A stretch of 64,000 nt of DNA from Mobula hypostoma (lineage: Eukaryota). The notes under the pieces were generated by a model that was not told the DNA's origin, searched no databases, and saw nothing but the letters and a program-made list of their open reading frames with translations. The stretch lies in NCBI RefSeq assembly GCF_963921235.1, contig NC_086097.1, forward strand, positions 237,648,001-237,712,000, given 5' to 3'. Position 1 is the first letter of the stretch. Every line of letters starts with the position of its first letter. Positions 12,943-24,874 of the stretch are shown piece after piece. Position numbers and translations under genes: made by a program.

Positions 12943-13282
12943 TCGTAATTTCTTTTTATTCTAGACTCTCAATAATATGATGTGACCTTTTTTTAAAAAA
13001 AATTGGCAGGATTTGAGTGAGCTAGCAAGGCACACCCAATTATAACCACTTTTAAGAAGATGCTGGTGAACAATTTTCATGAACCATCACATCCTTTCCC
13101 AAAATAACCTACAGTGACACTGTCTAGGGTATGCAAGGTTTTACCCAACAATGCCGAATGAACAGTAATATATTTCCAAGACAGAACATTGTGTAATTTG
13201 GAGTGGAAGATATAGGTGACGGTGTTCCCAAATGATTGCAGTCCTCCTTGGCAGTGCAGTAATAGGTTTGGGAATCGTAAGC

Positions 13283-14343
13283 TTAGTCAGTTCCATCATG
13301 GACACAAGCCTCCATAATATCCAAGGCTTCTTCAAGGAGCGAAGCCTTAAGAAAGATGATACCCATCATTAAGGACCCCTATCTTCCAGGTCATGCCCTG
13401 TTCTTATTGCTACAATCAGGAAGGAGGTGCAGGAGCCCGAAGGCACTCCCTCAACAATTCAGGAACAGCTTCTTATGATTATGAGGACACGCAGTCCTCT
13501 TTTATTGTCATTTAGTAATGCATGCATTAAGAAATGATAAAAATGTTTTTCCAGAATGATATCACGAAAACACATGACAAACCGACTTAAAAACTAACAA
13601 AAACATATAGTTACAACAGTGCAAAGCAATACCGTAATTTGATAAGAACAGATCATGGCACGGTAAAAGTCTCAAAATCTCTCTACAGTCCCATCATCTC
13701 ACGCAGACGGTGAACCTCCAGCGCCGCCAACTTGCCGATGCAGCATACTGGAAGCATCCGACCACAGTCCGACTCCGAGTCCGTCCGAAAAACTCCGAGC
13801 CTCCGACCACCTATTCAACACCGATGCACCGAGCACCATCTCTGCCGAGCGTTTCGACCCCGGCCCCGGTAACAGGCAATACGCAAAGCCGAGGATTTAG
13901 GGCCTTCATCTCCGGAGATTCTCGATCGCACAGTAGCAACAGCAGCGAAGCAGGCATTTCAGAAGTTACTCCAGATGTTCCTCTGCGCTTCTCACGGCTG
14001 TCCCCATCAAATCCGGATTGTGCACGGCACCCCGAGTTACACATATCGATAATCATTCGGAACGGCCGCGCGCGCTGCGTCACGCCGCCATCTTCTCCTC
14101 CCTTCTTCCCCTCTACCGTTTGATTTTTGAATGGACATTGAACCCATGAACACAATCTGACTACTTCTGTATTTCTATTTTTGCACTACTTACTTAATCC
14201 AACTATTTTATATGTATTTATATATATATATTTACTGTAATTTATGGTCTTTTAATTCTTATTAAGTATTGCATTGTACTGCTGCCGCAAAGGCAACAAA
14301 TTTCACAACATATGCCACTGGCATTAAATCTGATTCTGATTCA
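13283..14343 (+). mobile_element. Rex1-type 3' fragment interrupted at 13475-14101
   Basis: ...caggaacagcttct[insert]tcccctct...; tail aaatctgattctgattc. Confidence 0.75.
13475..14101 (-). mobile_element. Young CpG-rich non-coding retroposon (YY1-motif head, AATAAA plus short-repeat tail)
   Basis: The minus strand starts GGAGGAGAAGATGGCGGCG and ends aataaaagaggactgcgtgtcctcataatcat; TSD cttctt at 13469-13474 and 14102-14107. Confidence 0.75.
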
Positions 14344-14475
14344 AGATAATGATTGCAAAGGATTTTGTACACACTGCTAACAACAGGAATTCTGCAGATG
14401 CCGGAAATTCAAGCAACACACATCAAAGTTGCTGGTGACCGCAGCAGGCCAGGTAGCATCTCTAGGAAGAGGTAC

Positions 14476-14511
14476 AGTCGACGTTTCAGGCCGAGACCCT
14501 TCGTCAGGACT
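14476..14511 (-). ncRNA. Minimal type I hammerhead ribozyme motif
   Basis: The minus strand reads agtc-CTGACGA-A-GGGT-ctcg-GCCT-GAAAC-GTC-gact: complete core, stem II, palindromic loopless stem III and stem I. Predicted cut between 14480 and 14479. Confidence 0.7.
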
Positions 14512-15050
14512 AACTGAAGGAAGAGTTAGTAAGAGATTTGAAAGTTGGAGGGGGAGGGGGAGATCCAAAATGATAGGAGAAGACAGGAGGGGGAGGGATG
14601 GAGCCAAGAGCTGGACAGTTGATTAACTATAAAGATGAAATCCACGGCCTCCGCTACTGTAAAGATGAAGCCACACTCAGGTTGGAGGAACAACACTTTA
14701 TATTCCGTCTGGGTAGCTTCCAACCTGATGGCATGAACATCGACTTCTCTAACTTACGCTAATGCCCCACCTCCCCCTCGTACCCCATCCGTTATTTATT
14801 TACATACACACATTCTTTCTCTCACTGTCCCTTTTCTCCCTCTGTCCCTCTCACTATACCCCTTGCCCATCCTCTGGCTTTCCCCCCACCTTGTCTTTCT
14901 CCCTAGGCCTCCTGTCCCATGATCCTCTCATATCCCCTTTGCCAATCACCTGTCCAGCTCTTGGCTCCATCCCTCCTCCTCCTGTCTTCTCCTATTGTTT
15001 TGGATCTCCCCCTCCCACTTTCAAATCTCTTACTAGCTCTTCCTTCAGTT

Positions 15051-15087
15051 AGACCTGATGAAGGGTCTCGGCCTGAAACGTCGACTG
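15051..15087 (+). ncRNA. Minimal hammerhead ribozyme motif
   Basis: agac-CTGATGA-A-GGGT-ctcg-GCCT-GAAAC-GTC-gact; one stem I mismatch. Confidence 0.6.
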
Positions 15088-15261
15088 TACCTCTTCCTAG
15101 AGATGCTGCCTGGCCTGCTGCGTTCACCAGCCACTCTGATGTGTGTTGCTTGTACACACTGCAGTCACTATTCATCAGTCATGGGGTGGTGGGGGGAGGA
15201 ATGAATACTTCAAGTGGTTGAGCAGGTGCCAATTAAGTAGAATGCTCTATCCTGGATTTAT

Positions 15262-15470
15262 TTTGAGATACTGCACTGTAACAGGTCCTTCAAACCCAAC
15301 GAGCCCAATTAACCTAATAATCGTATGTCTTTGGAGTGTGGAAGGAAACTAGAGAACCCGGAGGAAATCCACACAGTCATGGGGAGAATGTACAAACTTG
15401 TGAAGACAGGGACAGAATTGAACATGGGTTACTGGCACTGTAATAACATTATGCTGACTGCTACACATTG
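15262..15470 (-). mobile_element. V-SINE
   Basis: Reverse-complement V-domain gtggaaggaaactagagaacccggaggaaatccacacagtcatgggg. Confidence 0.75.
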
Positions 15471-15857
15471 TGTTTTCTAGCTTCTTGTGTGTAATTAGAG
15501 TTGCACTTATCCAGGCAGACAAGGCGTATTCCATCATGTTCCTGACCTGTGCTTTAACTGATGAAAGGACCTTTAGATATTGAGGAGGTAAGCCATAGGA
15601 CACCCCATTCATCAACTTTTGCAGTTAGAGTATTTAAATATGACTTGTCCATTTTAGATGATTTATAATGGTGATCCCAAGATGTTAGTGTGGAGTTCTC
15701 AGCAATGGTAATAACACCAGATGTCAATAGTTCGTGATGAGATTTTAATTGAAGATGTTCATTATTTGATATTATTGCAGCATACGAGGTATTTGGGTGT
15801 TTACAACCTATGCCTCAATATTGTCCAGGTCTTACTGCATGCAGGTGTGAACAACTA

Positions 15858-16277
15858 TTGCCTGGATTGGGGAGCATGCCTTATGAAAACAGGTTGAGTG
15901 AACTGGGAGTGACAGAGGATGAGAGGTGACCTGATAGAGGTGTATAAGATGATGAGAGGCATTGATTGTGTGGATAGACAGAGGCTTTTTCCCAGGGCTG
16001 AGATGGCTAGCATGAGAGGGCACAGTCTTAAGGTGGTTGAAAGTAGGTACAGAGGAGATGTCAGGGGTACGTTTTTTATGCAGAGAGTGGTGCTGCCGGT
16101 GACAGTGGTGGAGGTGGATATGGTAGGGTCTTTTAAGAGACTCCTGGACAGGTACATGAAGCTTAGAAAAAATGAGGGCTATGGGTAACCCTAGGTAATT
16201 TCTAAGGTAGGGACATGTTCGGCACAATTTTGTGGGCTGAAGGGCCTGTATTGTGCTGTAGGTTTTCTATGTTTCTA
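15858..16277 (+). mobile_element. CR1 3' fragment
   Basis: Peptide MRGDLIEVYKMMRGID; tail ttctatgtttcta. Confidence 0.85.
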
Positions 16278-16324
16278 ACTCCATCTAAGAGGAGTTGTAA
16301 ATGCAATTGCTGTAAACAAGTTAT

Positions 16325-16424
16325 GGACACATCACAGGAACCAACCTCACCTCGATGGATCTTGTCCATACTTTTCACTGCCTAACATAATCCAAGGCCC
16401 TGCCCATGCAGGACATTCTTCCAT

Positions 16425-16455
<31 letters not shown>

Positions 16456-17040
16456 TTATTGAGATATAGCACAGAATAGGCCCTACTGGCTCTTCAAGCT
16501 ACGCTGCCAGCAATCCCCCAATTTAATCTTAGCCTATCCACAAGACAATTTATAATGGTAACATTGTCAATACCTAACAACTGGTACGTCTTTGGGCTGT
16601 GGGAGGAAACTGGAGCACCCGGAGGAAACCCACATTATCAGGGAAAGAACATACTAACTCCTTTCAGGCATTGATGGGAATGGAACTCAGGTTGCCTGTG
16701 CTGTGAAGTGTTGTGCTAAGCACTATGCAACAGTTACGCTCTTGACTTTTTGGGCAGAAGATACAAAGGCCTGAAAGCACATACCACTAAGCTAAATAGC
16801 AGTGTCTATCCCACTGTTATCAGATTGTTGAAATGACCTTTTGTACCAAAAGGTGAATTCTTGGCCTCACAATCGACCATTCATTCTATCTTTCTCTGCA
16901 GCATTTATACTTTATGTTGTCATTGATTTACCTTATTCTCACTCAATACACTGTGTAATGATTTGATCTGTATAAACAGTATGCAATGCAAGCTTTTCAC
17001 TGTTCCTTGGTACAGGCAACAATAATAAACCAAACCTAAA
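16325..17040 (+). mobile_element. Rex1-type 3' fragment containing a minus-strand V-SINE (16424-16738)
   Basis: Rex1-like gggcagaagatacaaaggcctgaaagcacatacc...aataataaacc; the SINE has a (TTTA)n tail and a V-domain. Confidence 0.7.
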
Positions 17041-17609
17041 ATATCAAAGCTAATTGAACATTGTGCAATCATTAATGAACTCTCCAAATGTTATGAATGT
17101 AAATTCCCATTATGTTTCTAGTAAAGAGCTGAAACTTATGACAGGGTCTCAGGATTATTAAGGATGAACAGTTGAAATCTTCACTAATGTTTAATTTTAA
17201 AACTAAATTTCAATCCAATTAAAAATACTTGCATGGCTGTTCCTTTCATCCAAGAGCCAGTAGATTACAGCTGACAATGTTGAAACAATATATACCCTCA
17301 ACAAAAATAGATAAATTGATACATAGATAGACATATTTTATTGATCCTGAGGGAAATTGGGTACAAGCACAAGAAATTGCAGAAGTTGGAGCAAAACACA
17401 GGCTGCTGAAAGTTTGAAGGCAGGGTGGTCGTTGGTAGCAGAGGTGAGTACAATTGACCAGTTATGCACAAGTGCAGTAACACCAAGTTAGTTACCGGTG
17501 TAAAACAAGCTGTGTATGATGCCAGAATAGGTTTACAATAGGGACTGTTCCACATCACCAATGAAAAGACATTATGGTCTATGCAAGTACCTATCACTGC
17601 AACACTGAT

Positions 17610-17980
17610 TCATTGAAAGAGAGAGGGATCAAAAGAGAAGTTGTTAAGAACAAGAACCTGTTCTGCCAAGTAGGTGAGAGTGTTATTGGAGAGAAATTGG
17701 TTGGGTCTTTGTTCCAGAAAGAAGTGGAAGGTCCAAGTCTTTTCTGTAAGGGAATGGAGATTGAAAAGATAGAATATCTGTAGTGCAGATAAGAAATTTG
17801 GGTCCAGGAAATTGGAAGCTGTCAAAATGGTGGAAGCATGAGAACAATCCTGAGTGTAGGAAGGGAATGGACAAGGGGAGATAGGATAGAGTTGAGGTGT
17901 GAAGAGATTGTTTGAGTGGGACAAGAGCAAGCGGACGATACAGGTCTACCAGGACAATCTTGTCTGTTTATCTTGGATAA
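17610..17980 (-). mobile_element. Degenerate PLE reverse-transcriptase fragment
   Basis: Peptide FFLEQRPNQFLSNNTLTYLAEQVLVLNNFSF resembles the PLE RT region between motifs A and B. Confidence 0.6.
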
Positions 17981-17994
17981 GAGAAGGAAATTAA

Positions 17995-18260
17995 AATATT
18001 AGCCTTATTTGTCACATGTACATTGAAACACACATCAAAATGCACTGTTAGATTGAATCAGATCAGTGAGGATAATACTGGGCAGCCAGCAAGTGTTACC
18101 AGCATAACATGCCCACAACTCACTAACCCTAACCCATATGTCTCGTGAATGTGGGAGGAAACCCACGTGGTCATGAGGAGAACGTGTAAACACCTTACAG
18201 ACAATGGCGGGAATCGAACCCCAATCTTACAGTTGGCACTATAGAGTAACTTCATGACTA
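17995..18260 (-). mobile_element. V-SINE variant with non-CR1 (Rex1-like) tail
   Basis: Partial V-domain plus tail ttattgtcacatgtacattgaaacacacat (as read on +), shared with 32825-33163, 33438-33680 and 54455-54695. Confidence 0.7.
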
Positions 18261-18699
18261 ACTTGCCTGACTTGATGTGCCGCAGAAAAGACATGACCTT
18301 TCACATTTTACATGAAAACAACATATATTAGAGTTCTTAACATCATATTTTATGCTTGGAATCAAGCAAAGGCTTTGTTACATTACTAAGAATAGACTGA
18401 TCACAATATCTCTAACTTGTGTTTGTAATAGCAAATGTTATAATGTAAGCATTGTCACTCATAAATTTGAAGTTAAAAAGGATTGCTCATAATCGTTAAG
18501 ATTAGATTCTCATTACTGACTAAGCTTCCTCAATTTATGTTACTTAAAACGATCATCCACAATTTTCCTTTGGGGCCACCTTAGGAGATTTAAAATGTAT
18601 GGACAAATCTATCTTATTTATCTTATAATTGTACATAAACAACCACATTCCCTTTATCAGTTTGCAAACAAACCCAAGCATAACGCTCCTTGGTTTCTT

Positions 18700-19565
18700 T
18701 CAGTGGCTATTTTATTAAGAGCCTTCTGTACCTAATGAAGTGGTCATTGAGTGTATGTTCATAGTCTTCTACTGCTGTAGCCCATCCATTTCAGGGCTCA
18801 ACTTGCTGTGCACTCAAGCGATGCTGTTCTGCACACCACTGTTGTAACAGATGGTTATCTGAATTACTGTCACCTTTCTGTTAGTTTCAACCAGTCTGAC
18901 CATTCTCCTCTAACCTCTCTCATTAACAGGGCAATTTCACCCAAAGAACTGCTACTCACTGGATGCTTTTTGTCTTTTGCACCATTCTTGTGTGCAAAAG
19001 TGCCAGGAGATCAGCATTTTCTGAGTTGCTGTCTGGCACTGACAATCATTCCAAGGTCAAAGACACTTATCAGAATCAGAATCACTGGCATAGGTCGTGA
19101 AATTTGTTGTTATGTGCACAGTGCATTGCAATGCATAATAATAAAAACAGTAAATTACAGTATATGTATATTAAATTAAATACATATTGCAAAAAGAGAA
19201 AAACAAGTAGTGAGGTCGTGCTCATTGGTTCAATGTCCATTTTTTAAAAATGCCTTAAAATGATGTTGCTTACTGTGTTGTTCAAGGCTGTAGCTGTGGA
19301 TTTCAGCAGTAGCAGTCTAAAACGGGAATACTTGAAGATTGCCGTCAGAGCTGCTCGCATGAACTGCTTTCTTAATGGTGCCACTGGACGTCAATCACAC
19401 TTAGATCACATGTCTTTCCTATCCTGATGTTTGGTCTGAACAACTGAACCTCTTGACCATGTCTGCATGCTTTTATGCATTGATTTTCTGCCACATGATT
19501 GGCTGATTCAATATTTGCTTTACCAAGCAGGTGTGCAGGTATCGCTCATAATGTGGCCACTGAGA
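18700..19565 (-). mobile_element. Non-autonomous Tc1 derivative (CACTCAGTGGCCACTTTATTAGG TIR family) with internal insertions at ~19065-19395
   Basis: Same body as 52445-53008; terminal hairpin at 18700-18753. Confidence 0.75.
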
Positions 19566-20789
19566 CTGTGCAAGCATTACGTCAGCAGTCAGTTAGCTAA
19601 CTTGTTAGCATTTACTCCCATTTAGTACGTGAAACAAGTCAAATGGGAAAACGAATGAAAAGAAGGAGCATGTGAACCACGTAAGGTTGCAGTCAGTGAA
19701 GTATTAATAGCAAGTATCATCTATGCCACATGATGGACCCTTTAAGATTGAGAACAATGTTGTGCAAGATCCAAATTTAATTCTGGCAGAAGTTAGCATG
19801 GACATAATTATCCCAGGAGGAAAATGCTCTCAAATTCCACATAACTATATAAATATTACAATTTAAATAATTTTCTGACAGATGATAGCAATTTTGATTA
19901 ATTAGTTACCTTTAATTTGTAATTTTATTTGATTGATGACAATTTCATTTCCAAGTAATTCAAATAAATATACACATCATTAATCAGCAATATTACTTTG
20001 AGAGATAGGGGAAGAAACTATTGAATTAGTTCTAATTACGTGAAATCGCAATTTTTTTTAATAAACTTCATTTATCATAAATCGTGCTGTTGATTTTTGG
20101 GCAAAAACACCCTTTAGGCCATTAGGTCCAGCGGGGTTAGTTACTTCTAAGCTGTAGACAGCATCGGCACCTCAGAGTTATTGACTCATCAGTGTGATGC
20201 TCTTACATTTACGCAGTCACCATATCAAATTCAAAAGGTTTCAAATTTCAAATGGTTCAATTTAACGTCAGAGAATGTATACAGTATACAACCTGAAATT
20301 CTTACTCTACACAGAGATATCGTCAAAACAAGAAAGCCCAAAGAATGAATGATAGTAATATCAGAACCACAAAGTCCCCTTCCCCACTCCCACATACAAG
20401 CAGCTGTACTAGTGGACTATAACCTCCAATTCCTCTGCCATTGTACTCTCTTTTTTGACATTTCATTTTCACCTGTTCATCTTTTTTTTAATGTCAGACA
20501 TGCTGATGGATTTGACCATTACATTTCAAGAGTTATTCCAAAAGGTTTTACTGCAAGTTTGAGATCACTTGCATATTTTTGCTGTAGAGTCAGTCAGTCG
20601 GAATTTTTTCTCAATGTTCTTTTTTGCCATCATCGCTGATAGTCCTTTTTCACTAAGGTAATGCTTAAATGCCACAACAAGAATGGATTATTTATCTGTC
20701 ATTGTAGAATTCTGTCAGATTTAATATTTATAAAAATTGCACTATTTCACTGAGAACAACCTCTCACATAGTTCAACATTTAAAATGTC

Positions 20790-21024
20790 TGTTGTGTATT
20801 TAATATTTCAGTAGTATTTGAGTAATATTGTAAATATATTCTTCCAGTGAGCATTCTTGTTCTTTAAGTACTTTAATATGAGTTATATGTATAAATATGT
20901 CATCACACTATCATATGATAAATGTGCACTTTGCTTTAAGTAAAAGCAAAAAGTTATACCGACCTTCCCAGACTCCTGTGTCTTCCTTTGAATAGTTTAA
21001 TGTTTTGAAGTTACAAACATACCA
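20790..21024 (+). mobile_element. Solo LTR, 235 bp
   Basis: TG...CA termini; exact 5-bp TSD atgtc at 20785-20789 and 21025-21029. Confidence 0.75.
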
Positions 21025-22113
21025 ATGTCAAAGTTATAAGACTACAAGACCAGAAGCAGAAATAGCCCACTTGACCCAGTGAGTCTGCTCTGCCATTCCA
21101 TTATGGCTGATGTATTATCACTCTGAAACCCATTCTCCTGCCTTCTTCCCATAAACTTTGACACCCTGAGTAATCAAGAAGCTATCAACCTGCCCAGTGG
21201 GCAATTCTTTGCTCACTCCAGCTAATGTGTATAAGCAAGAAGTTCTTTTCCACCACACCTTCAGTTCCACAGTACTACATTAGATATGTTTGATCCAGAA
21301 TAGGATTCTTCTCTCAACAGACCATTATGGGGTCTAATAAGCAAGACTGGAACTGAATAGATCCAAGTTTTACTTGTTCTAGTGAACTCTTGCTCAGTAG
21401 GAGCAACAGATTAGCAGAGTTATTTGCATACTGGGTCTACTAGCATTCTTTTAATATAATCAGTATGCAAATTCAAGAAATGTTAAATGGATATTTATAA
21501 AGTAACTAATTGTCATATTTTCTATGCTGGTTCAAGATTCAGTTCACCAAAATAGGACTGCATCCTTAAAACTAAAATCAAGATGGTATGTTTTTTCTTG
21601 GTGATTATGCTCATTAGGGAAGACTCTTTCAGTTATGTTCTTCTTCTCACTTGTATTAAAGCTGATGAGCATATTATGCCAAATTATAATATTATAAGAG
21701 ATAGGGGGAAAAGGCCATTCAGCCCATTGAGTCCATCATTCTATCATAGCTCATTTGCCTTTCTCAACACTATTCTCCTGCCTTCTCCCCATAACCTTTG
21801 ATGCAACAATTAATCAAGAACCGATCAACCTCCACTTTAAATATACACAAAGACTTGGCTTCTACAGCCATCTGTGCCAATGAATTCCACAGATTCACCA
21901 CCCTCTGGCTAAGTAAATTCATCCCTATCTTTGCTGAAAATGGACGTCCCCCTATTCTGAGGCTCTGCCCTCTGGTTGTAGCCTCCTCCCAGATAGGAAA
22001 CATTCTCTCCCCATCCACTCTATTCAGGCCTTTGAATGTTCGAAAGGTTGCAATGAGATTCCCTGCTCATTTTTCTAAACTGCAGTGAGAACGAGCCCAG
22101 AACCGTCAAATGA

Positions 22114-22860
22114 CCGATTAGGAAAAGGGACCTGCAACGAGACCTGGGTGTCATTATACACCAGTCATTGAAAGTGGGCATGCAGGTACAGCAGGCGGTG
22201 AAAAAGGCGAACGGTATGCTGGCATTTATTGCAAGAGGATTCGAGTACAGGAGCAGGGAGGTACTACTGCAGTTGTACAAGGCCTTGGTGAGACCACCTG
22301 GAGTATTGTGTGCAGTTTTGGTCCCCTAATCTGAGGAAAGACATCTTTGCCATAGAGGGAGTACAAAGAAGGTTCACCAGATTGATTCCTGGGATGGCAG
22401 GTCTTTCATATGAAGAAAGACTGGATGAACTGGGCTTGTACTCGTTGGAATTTAGAAGATTGAGGGGGGATCTGATTGAAACGTATAAGATCCTAAAGGG
22501 ATTGGACAGGCTAGATGCGGGAAGATTGTTCCCGATGTTGGGGAGGTCCAGAACGAGGGGTCACAGTTTGAGGATAGAGGGGAAGCCTTTTAGGACCGAG
22601 ATTAGGAAAAACTTCTTCACACAGAGAGTGGTGAATCTGTGGAATTCTCTGCCACAGCAAACTGTTGAGGCCAGTTCATTGGCTATGTTTAAGAGGGAGT
22701 TAGATATGGCCCTTGTGGCTACAGGGGTCAGGGGGTATGGAGGGAAGGCTGGGTTCTGAGTTGGATGATCAACCATGATCATAATAAATGGCGGTGCAGG
22801 CTCGAAGGGCCGAATGGCCTACTCCTGCACCTATTTTCTATGTTTCTATATTTCTATATG
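22114..22860 (+). mobile_element. Young 5'-truncated CR1 (same subfamily as 8521-9419)
   Basis: Near-identical to 8671-9419, with a small frameshifting deletion near 22295. Confidence 0.92.
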
Positions 22861-22896
22861 TTAACTCTTTTATTCCCAGAATCATTCTCCTGAATC

Positions 22897-23182
22897 CTCA
22901 GCGATTCAGGAACAGCTTCTTCCCCTCTGCCACCCAATTCCTAAATAGATATTGAAGCTTTGGACACTACTTCACTTTTTTTTAATATACAGTATTTCTG
23001 TTTTTGCACGTTTTAAAAAATCTATTCAATATATGTAATTGAATTACTTGTTTATTTATTATGTTTTATTTTATTATTATTTTCTTCTCTCTCTCTCTTC
23101 TAGATTATGCATTGCATTGAACTGCTGCTGCTAAGTTAACAAATTTCACCTCACATGCCGGTGATAATAAACCTGATTCTGA
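22897..23182 (+). mobile_element. Rex1-type 3' tail
   Basis: caggaacagcttcttcccctctg...gataataaacctgattctga. Confidence 0.75.
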
Positions 23183-24874
23183 ACTCTCTCCAATCCCAGC
23201 ACATTTTCTCTTTGATAAGAGGCACAATACTCCAATTGCAGACTGACCAATGTCTTATAAAGCCTCAGCATTACATTCTTGCTCTTATGTTCTTGTCCTC
23301 TCAAAATGATTGATAACATTGTATTTTCTCCTTCTTAACACCAACTCAACCTGCAAGGTCACCTTTAGGAAACCCTGCACAAAGACTCCCAAGTCTCTTT
23401 GCATCTCTGACCTTTGAGTTTTCTTCCTGTTTAAAAAATAGTTTATGCCTTTTTTCCTTCTACTAAAGTGCATGACCATACGCTTCCCAACACTATATTC
23501 CATCTGCCACGTCTTTGCCAATTCTCCCCATCTGCCTAAGACATTCTGCAGTCTCCCTCCTTCCTCAACACTACCTGACCCTTCACCTATCTTCATATCA
23601 TCTGAAAACTTGGCCAGAAAACCATCAATTCCATCATCCAAAGTGAAAGGAAGCATTCCCAAACCAAACACTGTGTAACACCACTAGTCACTGTCCGCCG
23701 ACCAGAAAAGGCCCTGGCGTTCTCACACTTTGCCTCCTGCCACTCAGCCAATCTTCTATCCATGCTAGTATCTTTCCTATAATCCATGGGTTTATCCTGG
23801 TAAGCAGTTTCATATGCAGTACCTTATCAAAACCCTTCAGAAAATCCAAGGAAACAACATCCACTTACTCTCCTTTATCCTGCCTGTAATTTCCTCAAAC
23901 AATTCCAACAAACAAGATAACCCCTTAAGTAAATCCTGCTGACTTTGGCTGACATCAGAACCAATTGTGTTCAGTTTGGGGCATTTGAAGTATAGACAAA
24001 TATTTCATGATTTGGTTGAGGAAACTCTGAGGCCTTTAAAAATGAGGACAAATTACCATTAACATTACCTAAGGCTCATATTTATTCTCAGAGAAGCAGT
24101 GAGTTCCTCTGACCCAGCCTTTCATTGTGGCCACTGTGCATTGGAGCACGGCCGATCTTAGATTAGTTTTGGTGACTATAATGAACGCAGTTGGAGTGTG
24201 TTGATTTATATATGTTTCCTCCAACATTTCATTCAAGTATTATTGATCTAGATTAATAGGTCAATGGGGCAAGACAGGAAAAGCAAATAGAGGTTAAGCT
24301 GCTGAATGGTTCTTTATACGTATTGCAATTTCACTATGAAAGCTACTGCAACTGAGAATTTGTTCTGCAAATGTTTTTGATTCTGTCCAATTCAGAAAAT
24401 CTAAAATAAAGAAAATCAATGATTCAAAGTACATTTATTATCAATATATACAACTGAAATGCTGCAACAAAAATGAAACAAAAACAAGTTGTTTGTCCTG
24501 CTGCCCTGAATAACTAAAAGCTGATGACAAAATCAAAAGATTTTAATTTATGTCACTTATTCTCTTTGTTCTTTGAACATTCCATGAAAATGTTTAATCC
24601 CATGTCACACATCGGTTACTTTATCAAAATATTTAACTCAAGCTTCAATTATTTTGACCAGACTTTCCCCACAGAAGTGTTATTTGTAATATCTTAAAAT
24701 TACTGTGGAAATGAAGAATATTAAGTGAAAGGATAATGGGTAGTTGCCAAAGATGATTTGGATCTGTTAGGGGCCCAGATGTGAGATTGGATTGTTCTGG
24801 GTGCCAAGCTAATTTGAAAAGCTTGAGAGCATCTTTGAGCTTGGTGGTAAGATCTGGACCTGGTGTGAGTCACT

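Larger units (their letters stand above)
14378..15149 (+). mobile_element. Penelope-like element, 5'-truncated, with inverted pseudo-LTRs and GIY-YIG C-terminus
   Basis: Peptide IHGLRYCKDEATLRLEEQHFIFRLGSFQPDGMNIDFSN at ~14640-14752; inverted arms ~14410-14624 and ~14943-15152; 13-bp TSD ttgtacacactgc at 14365-14377 and 15150-15162. Confidence 0.9.
13005..17100 (-). mobile_element. Ancient CR1-clade LINE fragmented by many nested insertions
   Basis: Residual peptide KAQVRNMMEYALSAW at ~15510-15555; apparently collinear remnants between the younger inserts. Confidence 0.5.
21692..23950 (-). mobile_element. Old CR1 (RT to 3' UTR) carrying two nested insertions
   Basis: Peptides AKFSDDMKIG...WQMEYSVGK and SQRVVNLWNSL; interrupted at 22114-22860 and 22897-23182. 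Confidence 0.85.

Noticed and set aside
13710..14155. Overlapping 137-aa and 114-aa ORFs
   Set aside because: Stop-poor GC-rich retroposon body with no recognisable domain; the minus ORF crosses the insertion boundary.
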